64,000 nucleotides of DNA from Nostoc sp. DedQUE12b (GTDB taxonomy: Bacteria; Cyanobacteriota; Cyanobacteriia; Cyanobacteriales; Nostocaceae), in contig NZ_JAVRCI010000020.1 in the NCBI RefSeq assembly GCF_034530835.1, positions 11,572 through 75,571 of the forward strand, given 5' to 3'. The position numbers and the translations under genes are program-made. This document shows positions 19,101-26,392 of the stretch, piece after piece; within the stretch, counting starts at the first letter, position 1; every line of letters begins with the position of its first letter. Below the pieces are notes generated by a model that did no database searches, had not been told where the DNA came from, and saw only the letters and a list, made by a program, of their open reading frames with translations.

Positions 19101-19480
19101 AAAGCTTGTTGATGGCTAGCAGGAAGTAGTATTGCTGAGGCTTTTGTGGCAACTACGATATCTGCAATTTTCTTGTTGGAACGATTGTGTTTTGGGATAT
19201 GGATAGGTGCAGGCAATACCCCAGCATAAAGGCATCCGAAGAATGCAACTATAAATTCGATTCCAGGTGGATAAAGCAAAATGGCATTCTGTGATCGCAG
19301 TCCCTGAGATAACAACCCTTGGGCTATATCAATAGCCTGAGAGTACATATCTTTGTAGGTAATATAGCTATTCTCTGCACCATGAGAATCGAGCATTGTA
19401 TAAGCCCTACGGTCAGGCTGTACCTCAGTCCAGTAAGTAAGAACCTCAGCCAAGTTATTAAAGCCTTGAGACTTGATCAT
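16166..19480 (-). CDS. Fatty acyl-AMP ligase - acyl carrier protein - thioester reductase (FAAL-ACP-R)
   Basis: FLQFTSGSTSLPKGV, WLPHYHDLGL, PAYGMAEATV, YLRTGDLGF, IPKTSSGKIRR (FAAL); YGIDSLKI (phosphopantetheine Ser); LLTGASGFVG and YAQTK (extended SDR R domain). Confidence 0.9.
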   Translation of the reverse strand: MIKSQGFNNLAEVLTYWTEVQPDRRAYTMLDSHGAENSYITYKDMYSQAIDIAQGLLSQGLRSQNAILLYPPGIEFIVAFFGCLYAGVLPAPIHIPKHNRSNKKIADIVVATKASAILLPASHQQAFYDVLSKEENWPKDLIYVPTDMTKEALNSQKLPLPEIDGSVIAFLQFTSGSTSLPKGVMISHKNCLNNLEMIVAMSHADADSTSVSWLPHYHDLGLVAHLLHSLYSGGHCVLLAPATFASQPIQWLRAISKYRAAYTGAPNFAYQLCVDKIQPSDQKTLDLSSLRMAINAAEPINPETIRDFCEKFAENGFKPHMFLPAYGMAEATVYISSGYVDQDPVFKAVDWTALGQYNIAQEATDSSKEKVFVGCGHPWLDQRIYIVDPDKNCVLSPNHVGEIWTTGSNVMAGYYNNPEATDKTLVSLPDDSRTYLRTGDLGFIDEKGELYITGRIKDIIIVNGVNYYPQDIEICVQQAHPDIRFSCVAAFSVPGEAGEELVIFAELTKTGVINLRRASYLEELAEAICLALGDNFEMPLRQLVFLGHMQIPKTSSGKIRRQQCKQEFLQNNLDALAKWPKEESRTQSKGDVSMLNIEKTFERITSMGPMHLKVFTSLIQILTKRYQVRMADFDVEKSIFFYGIDSLKIIEIHSTLEGELGCQIPTEAFFYANTFLGMIDDIVRAISGEGGSKVRLTHSQPLNIEIENALEYLLRRRDNEVSVSQSRQTNTCLLTGASGFVGTYFLKELLDTTNLNIACLVRAANEEAGLQRIKKTARKFDVHFLPGWENRVQIIIGDMSKKRFGLENDRYEELAQNIDSVYHVAAVDNFYLPYDIIKNTNVIGTIEVADFALAGKVKSLYNVSSCAASLLEDCANQPIPIGLVNGYAQTKYVTEQIVLRLAEQGYPWVNYRLGYLYTLRVKHIEQNTPLNKLFALIEKAYENIDDDFFIDEDAFENFLCAISHIGCIPDMDADFDLMSVEYAAKTIVSTSLLSINERKHNYTFYNPEPLNWSDVISYFQKLNKDVEIVPLRTFVDKYEEYVRNTDKKGMKLLKSVVSPELEKQFNTMFRNINTDQVDTYLHWCPPCEKQFTHQYVDFVLSSAE
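17701..17716 (-). promoter_or_regulatory. Internal Shine-Dalgarno sequence and in-frame ATG (Met594) at the start of the ACP-R half
   Basis: Minus strand reads AAAGGAG-acgtaagt-ATG with an 8-nt spacer. Confidence 0.45.
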
Positions 19481-20017
19481 CTAACAAAATCCTCAATCAA
19501 ATTTGTTGGATATTGCAAAAGTCATATATTGACTAAATGACAAACTTGTTAACCACAAATCCTGAATAATTATGGTGCAAAGGTGCAGGGGCTTTAGGGA
19601 AAGAACTATTTAATATATGAACAACCCAGTTGAATGTTCCGTTTCACCTACACTGCTACACATTCACACCCAACGTTCAAAAGGGTTTTGGCTTATTTTA
19701 GTGCCATTTTTTCATGAACTGACATCACTTCTTACTTGAATTTTGGACGAATTAATCTTCGTTAAAAAATTGCGTGGATTCCTTAATGTCCATAATTCTA
19801 ATGATTTTTGCAATTCGTTAGCTTAATGCAGTATATCGAAGTAACAATAATACTTAAAAGTAAAAATTAAGTTAAGCAACATTTACTTTTAAGTTAACTT
19901 TCGATAAACAAAGTAAGGGGAAAACCACAATCAGGCGATTCCCCTGCACATTATCGATCAGAAGTTGCATACTTTCTCATATCATTTCACTTTAGAGTTA
20001 ATACATTTAGGCAAGCT

Positions 20018-20066
20018 CTCACGGCAGTGGTGTTTTGGTAAAACCTCAAAACACCACTGCCGTGAG
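20018..20066. other. Perfect 20-bp inverted repeat (9-nt loop) between the Coq4-like gene and FAAL-ACP-R
   Basis: CTCACGGCAGTGGTGTTTTG-gtaaaacct-CAAAACACCACTGCCGTGAG. Confidence 0.8.
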
Positions 20067-20183
20067 GCTGGAGAAGTGAACTGTATCAGTATCTTCGTGA
20101 AATATTATTAGTTCATTTTCTGGATTTTACTTCTACAGTAGACCATGCCAGTTTCCATAGTACACTTATCTATTTGAGGTTCC

Positions 20184-20936
20184 TCAAGTCAGCACAGGTT
20201 CAATCTGGAAAATGGGTTGGATATTCAGTTCTGCCTGCCATACAGCAACTGGTTTTTCCCAGGCTTCTTCCCATTTTTGAGCAATCAATGGTTTAGCTGT
20301 TTGCCCCATTTCCCATCCCTTGGCGATCGCACTTAGAAGTAGAGATAGTTCGTCTGGTTGCAATAATGTAGTACTGATCAGGCTATTAGCGATGAGCATA
20401 CTTGCAAGGGGTAGCTGAAACTGCGCTAGATAGAAAGCTTGCAAACCAATTTCACCGATTTCACTAGTGTCGAATCCGGTAATAATGTGCCAGATATCGT
20501 GGGTTTGTTGCCAGCGATTTTCTACATAGCTGGTATCTGAGTCAATTTTGACTTTTGCCGTTATTGTCTGCAAACCTGCCTCTTTCAAACTACTGGCATA
20601 GGTATAGCCTAAGGAATCTTGGGGATATTCCAACAAGGCTTTGAGATCGTGGGGAGGAGCCATATAGCGTTCAGCAATAATTGAGGCGACTTCTGGCTTG
20701 GCTTTCATAGACTCAACAGTGAGCTGGAAGGCTCGATTGTCAACTAGGCTAGTACTTAACTCCTCAACTAAATCTAGATTTCCTCTATCGTCAAGAAGTA
20801 CTTTCAAAAATGCTTTTGTAGTTTTAAAAATACGAAAGAAGTTTTTTACACTCGTCCATATTGAGCCATTGGCTTGTGGCTTCCCGCTCTGATTACTTGT
20901 GACTGATGATAAATACTTGTAATTCATAGACTCCAT
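20184..20936 (-). CDS. Coq4 family protein
   Basis: YPQDSLGYTY and QTHDIWHIITGFDTSEIGEIGLQAF (HDxxH...E metal motif of Coq4). Confidence 0.85.
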   Translation of the reverse strand: MESMNYKYLSSVTSNQSGKPQANGSIWTSVKNFFRIFKTTKAFLKVLLDDRGNLDLVEELSTSLVDNRAFQLTVESMKAKPEVASIIAERYMAPPHDLKALLEYPQDSLGYTYASSLKEAGLQTITAKVKIDSDTSYVENRWQQTHDIWHIITGFDTSEIGEIGLQAFYLAQFQLPLASMLIANSLISTTLLQPDELSLLLSAIAKGWEMGQTAKPLIAQKWEEAWEKPVAVWQAELNIQPIFQIEPVLT

Positions 20937-20972
20937 TGGATTATCTTTAATGAGTGGAATTATCGTAATATA

Positions 20973-21011
20973 TGAACAATGTTCACATATCTATAATATG
21001 AACATTGTTCA
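20973..21011. promoter_or_regulatory. Twin TetR-type operators TGAACAWTGTTCA
   Basis: TGAACAATGTTCA at 20973-20985 and TGAACATTGTTCA at 20999-21011, between the divergent starts of the Coq4-like gene and TetR. Confidence 0.8.
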
Positions 21012-21036
21012 GATTATGCAAGGGTAATTTTAAATA

Positions 21037-21669
21037 ATGGCAGATAATTTTCCAAAGCCTGTAAGAACGAGACGACAGCCAAAGCAGGCACGTAGCCAGG
21101 AGCGCGTCAACTGCATCCTTGGTGTTGCCGAACAGTTATTTATTGAACTGGGGTATGACCAGACTACAACAAGAGCGATCGCATCTCGTGCCGACATTCC
21201 TATAGGATCGCTCTATCAGTTTTTTCCTGATAAAAAAGCGATCCTTAAAGCTTGGGCAAATCAGTATTTTGAGCAAGAATATCAACTGTTTGTACAACTT
21301 CACTCCGAACTAGCCGAAGTACCAATCGAAGTCTATGTTGAGCGCATGGTTGGCGCTTTTGACCAGTTTGCAACCGATAATCCTGGCTATCGAGCTGTAC
21401 TAGAACAATTGATCGATTTGATGATAGCAAGCGATATTAGTACCCTAGATAATTACGACTCACAAATTCTCAAAGAACTTGCCCATTTTCTGATACAGCG
21501 AAATCCTTCTTTAGATATTGCAATGAGTGAATTAATTGCTACAACTGTTGTGAAAGTTGTTAACGAGATGCTATGGCTTTCGCTTACCCGTGATCAAGTC
21601 TTTCGCAAACAAATTTTAGCAGAGACAAAAATATTAATTACAGCGTACTTACAAACTTACCAAATTTAA
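21037..21669 (+). CDS. TetR/AcrR family transcriptional regulator
   Basis: RRQPKQARSQERV...TTTRAIASRADIPIGSLYQFFPDKKAI helix-turn-helix. Confidence 0.92.
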   Translation: MADNFPKPVRTRRQPKQARSQERVNCILGVAEQLFIELGYDQTTTRAIASRADIPIGSLYQFFPDKKAILKAWANQYFEQEYQLFVQLHSELAEVPIEVYVERMVGAFDQFATDNPGYRAVLEQLIDLMIASDISTLDNYDSQILKELAHFLIQRNPSLDIAMSELIATTVVKVVNEMLWLSLTRDQVFRKQILAETKILITAYLQTYQI

Positions 21670-22092
21670 CACAGAGATAAAATTGCTCCTAATTACAATA
21701 ATATTTGCTATCGCTCTTTTATCACTCTCTTCAGATAAAAAGCTAATAATCCTTGCCACACAAGACTTTAATTTCAAAGAGATTATTTTAGCCGTAATGT
21801 TAAAAAATAAAGTTCTAAACCTAGTTTCTGCCTCTTGTTGAAAAGATAACTGAGATTTTTATCTGTCTAAAGTGATGAAAGAGCAATGTATTATATAGAT
21901 CCCCAGTAGAGACGTAAAAACGTATAACAGGAGTAAGAAGGTAGAAAGTATAATTCTTACTATTCCTAGCATTAACGCTTTCAAAATGTCCTATCATATA
22001 TCCCTCCTGACATCTTGTTTTCTATCTAAGTTATAACCATCCCTTGGATTTTTGATGCTGATGGGTTGGTTTATTATTAGATTTTAATACAA

Positions 22093-23355
22093 TTAAGAAT
22101 CTGTAAATTTTTTGAAAGCTAGGCTGACATTGTGACCACCAAAACCAAAGGAATTAGAAATAGCTAAATCTATCTTCTGTTTTCGACTTTGGTGTGGAAC
22201 ATAATCCAAATCACATGCTGGATCAGGAGAATCTAAATTGATGGTAGGAGGAATTTCATCTTTTGCAACTGTTAATGCTGTGGCGACTGCTTCAATACCT
22301 CCAGAACCGCCCAAAAGGTGGCCAGTCATGGATTTTGGCGAACTAATACTAATATTATAAGCGTGTTGTCCTAAGGCTTTTTTGATTGCTAAGGTTTCAT
22401 TAACATCATTGGCAGGCGTACTAGTACCATGAGCATTAATGTAGCTGACTTGATTCACGGATAAACCAGCATCTTTGATTGCTAGTTCTATAGCTCTAGC
22501 AGCTCCTATACCTCCAGGAATGGGAGATGTCATGTGGTAAGCATCACAGGTCATCCCATAGCCAACGATTTCTGCATATATGTTAGCTCCACGGCTTTTG
22601 GCATGTTCTAGTTCTTCTAGGAACAGAATGCCAGCTCCTTCCCCCATGACAAATCCATCGCGGTCATAGTTAAAAGGACGAGAAGCGCAAGTTGGTTCTT
22701 CGTTACGAGTTGATAGAGCTTTGGCAGCAGCAAACCCAGCAACTAATAAAGGGGTAATGGGTGCTTCTGTACCACCGCAGATCATAGCTTGAGCATAACC
22801 CTGTTGAATTAAACGAAAAGCTTCTCCTATAGCATTGCTCCCCGCAGCACAGGCGGTGACTGTACAGGAGTTAGGGCCTTTTGCTCCTGTATGAATTGCT
22901 ATTAATCCAGCAGCCATATTGGCAATAAACATTGGTATCAAAAAAGGACTACATCGGTCGGGGCCTTTGGTGAGATAAATTTCTTGTTGTTTTTCTAAAA
23001 CATTCATGCCTCCACAACCATTACCGATGATTGCCCCAACTAAAGGGGCATTTAATTCAGTGATTGTGAATTTAGCATCTGCGATCGCTTGTAGGCTAGC
23101 ACACACTGCAAAGTAAGCATAGCGATCCATACGTTTAACTTCCTTGCGCTCTAAATAATCACATGGATCAAAGCCTTTGACCTCTGCTGCAATCTGACAG
23201 TCGTGTTTTGAGGCATCAAAACACCTAATAGGTGCGACACCACTACGGCCTTGCATTAGCCCCTGCCAATATTCTGCTACAGTGTTTCCTATGGGGGTAA
23301 TTGCTCCTAAACCTGTAATTACTACACGTTTTAACTGCAAGTTTTGCATAATCAA
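22093..23355 (-). CDS. fabF: Beta-ketoacyl-ACP synthase II, stand-alone copy
   Basis: RVVITGLGAITPIG, TACAAG (catalytic Cys), INAHGTST, GHLLGG, SNSFGFGGHN; likely ATG at 23349. Confidence 0.92.
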   Translation of the reverse strand: MIMQNLQLKRVVITGLGAITPIGNTVAEYWQGLMQGRSGVAPIRCFDASKHDCQIAAEVKGFDPCDYLERKEVKRMDRYAYFAVCASLQAIADAKFTITELNAPLVGAIIGNGCGGMNVLEKQQEIYLTKGPDRCSPFLIPMFIANMAAGLIAIHTGAKGPNSCTVTACAAGSNAIGEAFRLIQQGYAQAMICGGTEAPITPLLVAGFAAAKALSTRNEEPTCASRPFNYDRDGFVMGEGAGILFLEELEHAKSRGANIYAEIVGYGMTCDAYHMTSPIPGGIGAARAIELAIKDAGLSVNQVSYINAHGTSTPANDVNETLAIKKALGQHAYNISISSPKSMTGHLLGGSGGIEAVATALTVAKDEIPPTINLDSPDPACDLDYVPHQSRKQKIDLAISNSFGFGGHNVSLAFKKFTDS

Positions 23356-23629
23356 GTCTTATTTGTAGATTGTTGTAAATCTCATCAACTGTGCGGGAAA
23401 ATAACTAAAGTAAGAGCGTGAACTCAAATTCGCACTGGTAAGTTCAGTAGTTTTTTGGTTTTAGTACTTTTCATCTTTCATTAACTGCCTGTAAAAGCTA
23501 TCGATAATGAAACTATCACAATTTAATCCAGAGATAATTTATTTTTTCCATAAGGTAAGGTTAAATTTAAAGATCCAAAACTATTTAGTAAATAACCATC
23601 TTTTCATTCTTCGATAAAATAATTTTGCA

Positions 23630-23901
23630 ATGAAGTCTATTGAAGATAGCAGAATTTATCTTAAACGATTGCAGCATTGCTTCTCTAAATCCAAAAAAGC
23701 TGCTAAAAACAGGGCTAAGTTTAGAAACAAATTATCTCGTCAACACCTCAAGGTCAGTCGGCAACGCAAAGAATTTGCTGTAAAGACAGCAAGGTGCGTA
23801 GTAAAAGTAAGTCGAGTCGCAAAAAGAGGAAGCCCAAAGAGTGATCTTTGGAATTCCCTACGCTCATTTGATACTCCAAATCAGTGGTGGGAGGATGTCA
23901 A
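23630..23901 (+). mobile_element. tnpB: Internally deleted IS200/IS605-family element: TnpB fragment plus right end
   Basis: LKRLQHCFSKSKKAAKNRAKFRNKLSRQHLKVSRQRKEFAVKTARCVV is a TnpB segment; the element ends in GTGGGAGGATGTCAA (TCAA 23898-23901). Confidence 0.75.
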
Positions 23902-24473
23902 TTTTGCATATTCCGCTTCATTTGTTCTAACTCATCCTGAGTTTCCCAGCTACGAAACTTCTCTTCTAAGTCATCAAACCCACTAGAAAAATTGCTAGTT
24001 TGATTCGACCAACCACTGGTTTCAAAACGCTGCTGGGTTTGGGCTTTAGCACGGGCTGTCTGTGCTTCGGCGGCTTTAGCTTGCACTTCTTGTCGCCGTT
24101 GCTGAATTTTTTTCAGTAGTTCTTGAGATTGGTTAATGCGTTCTTTCAACCCTTGCATGTGTCCCCAGCGCTGATTTCCTTCGCGCAACAGAGCTGCTTC
24201 TCGCTCACCCGCCGCCGCCGCCAAATCCTCTCTATTAGCGTTTTTGGCTTTTTGAATGCGGATATGCCAACGCTGAATTTCTTGAGCAGTGGAGAGAATT
24301 TCTTCTTGCGATCGCTTCTCTTGTAATTTTAAATCTGCGATTAACTTTAATGTGTCTTCTTCTTGCTCACGCAGCTGTTCTAGCAGCGCCTCTAACTCCA
24401 AATGTGGATTGTTACGCAAGAATTCTTCTAAACGGTTTTCTAGAAACCGACTCAAATCATCAAATAATCCCAC
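23898..24473 (-). CDS. TIGR04376 family coiled-coil protein (PspA/IM30-like)
   Basis: MGLFDDLSRFLENRLEEFLRNNPHLEL N-terminus, long heptad helices. Confidence 0.8.
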   Translation of the reverse strand: MGLFDDLSRFLENRLEEFLRNNPHLELEALLEQLREQEEDTLKLIADLKLQEKRSQEEILSTAQEIQRWHIRIQKAKNANREDLAAAAGEREAALLREGNQRWGHMQGLKERINQSQELLKKIQQRRQEVQAKAAEAQTARAKAQTQQRFETSGWSNQTSNFSSGFDDLEEKFRSWETQDELEQMKRNMQN

Positions 24474-24649
24474 TGCTAGAACTCCAGAGATCGGGTGCGT
24501 GACTATTTTATTGTAGTGGGCGGAATGTAAATTTTAATCTTTCCCATTAGGTAAACTTCTGGCTGTTAGTTAGATTTCAAAGTTGGGAAGAATGTATTTG
24601 GTGAAACTACGCAAATAACCCTGACTTACGAAATAAGGCTTTAATCAGT

Positions 24650-26155
24650 ATGAGTTCTGACTTTCAACCACCACCTAAGAGCTTGTCCATACTAGCTACT
24701 GTAGGAGGAGTCGTTACCGCTGCGATCGCGATCGCACTTTTAAATGGTTGGTCTAAGCAACTTTCCAATACTTCTATAAAAAAACCTGAAATCTCAACAT
24801 CCCCAACTGCTTCTCAACCACAGAAAACCCAACCCCCTGTCTCTATTGCAAATCAAGCTGAAATAATTGCCAGCCTTGATGCTAAATCCGTAGTTTTGCC
24901 AGGTCAACCGATTCCTAAGAATCAATTAACAGTAGCCATAATTCCATACGTTGCCCCTGGAGTTGGAAAACTGACCCCAGAAGAAATGACAACGGCCCGT
25001 CAAGCTTGGTCATACTTCCAGCGCAACTGGAACGATGAAACTGGCTTGATCAATTCTGTTGATGGCTTTGCCTCGATAAGTATGTGGGATCAGACAGCAG
25101 CGATCGCAGCCTTAGTTAGTGCTAAAGAACTGAATATCGTACCTGCGGCTGAATTTGAAGCCAAAATGAGCAAAATGTTGAATACACTGGCATCAATGCC
25201 TTTGTATAAAGGAGAACTACCCAACAAGGTTTACAATGCGAAAACTCTCCTACCTGTTAATTATGGTCAACTAGATAAACGCGAAGAAATTGGCTGGTCA
25301 GCCATCGATTTAGGAAGAATGGCAATCTGGCTAAAGATTGTCGGTGCAAAGTATCCAGAAATGCGATCGCAAACAGCAGCAGTTTGGAAACATTGGCAAG
25401 TCAAGCGTTTGACCACAAATGGTCAAATGTATGGTACTGCTGTCATCAAAGGCAAAGAACAATACAACCAAGAAGGTCGCTTGGGCTATGAAAATTATGC
25501 TGCTTATGGTCTGAAGCTTTGGGGCTTGGATGTTAAAAAAGCTTTAGATTATCAGTCCCATACTGCCTTTGTCGATCTTTACGGACAGGGAATTCCTTAC
25601 GACAAACGGGACTATAAAAACTCTGAAGCCAATAACTACGTTCTTAGCGAACCCTATATCTTGGATGGCATTGAAACTGGGTTTCAAGCTTTGCCTAAAG
25701 CTTATGCCGATCGCATTTTAGCTGCCCAAGCCGCGCGTTATGAAGCGACAAAACAATTAACTGCCGTCACCGAAGATAACTTAGATCGCCCGCCATACTT
25801 TGTTTACAGCACCCTATTTGTCAACGGACAACCTTGGGCAACCATCGCGGATACTAGAGAACAGCACAACAATTTGCGATTTCTCAGTGCGAAAGCTGCG
25901 ATCGGCTGGCATGTGCTTTATAACACTGCTTATACCCGTCAGTTATTTGATTTTGTTCAAGGCAATCTTAAGTCTCAAGATGGCTGGTACAACGGCTTTT
26001 ATGAGTCTCTGCGTCAGCCGAATAAAACTCTCACTGCTAACAATAATGGTGTAATTCTGGAAAGCTTACTGTATAAGCAAGTTGGGCAGCCACTTACTGT
26101 TTGGGCAGGAGTCAGGAGCCATAAGTCAACCGAGAAGACTATAAAAAGACCGTAA
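24650..26155 (+). CDS. DUF3131 domain protein
   Basis: N-terminal TM helix; ARQAWSYFQRNWNDETGL, SMWDQ, LPNKVYN, GWSAIDLGR, GRLGYENYAA motifs. Confidence 0.75.
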   Translation: MSSDFQPPPKSLSILATVGGVVTAAIAIALLNGWSKQLSNTSIKKPEISTSPTASQPQKTQPPVSIANQAEIIASLDAKSVVLPGQPIPKNQLTVAIIPYVAPGVGKLTPEEMTTARQAWSYFQRNWNDETGLINSVDGFASISMWDQTAAIAALVSAKELNIVPAAEFEAKMSKMLNTLASMPLYKGELPNKVYNAKTLLPVNYGQLDKREEIGWSAIDLGRMAIWLKIVGAKYPEMRSQTAAVWKHWQVKRLTTNGQMYGTAVIKGKEQYNQEGRLGYENYAAYGLKLWGLDVKKALDYQSHTAFVDLYGQGIPYDKRDYKNSEANNYVLSEPYILDGIETGFQALPKAYADRILAAQAARYEATKQLTAVTEDNLDRPPYFVYSTLFVNGQPWATIADTREQHNNLRFLSAKAAIGWHVLYNTAYTRQLFDFVQGNLKSQDGWYNGFYESLRQPNKTLTANNNGVILESLLYKQVGQPLTVWAGVRSHKSTEKTIKRP

Positions 26156-26392
26156 GTTATTTCATGTCCGTGATAATATCCCTCCTCAATCCTCCCCTTG
26201 CTACAGTGGATAGATGGGTATTGCCCACTCAAAATAAATCGCAGAAAAAAACCCCTAGCATTTCTACTAGGGGTGAGAAATAATACCATTTCACTTGATG
26301 TTTGTCTGAGATGACCCTGTTTGTGCCTCTGCTCTACGCAAGAGGCTGGAGTGTTTCTCAAATATTACAGTAAAAAGCGATCGGGTATAAAA

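Noticed and set aside
13937-20322. Absence of HIP1 sites as proof of horizontal transfer of the FAAL cluster
   Set aside because: By eye this is the longest HIP1-free stretch, but gaps of 4-5 kb also occur in ordinary parts of the window, so it is only weakly suggestive.
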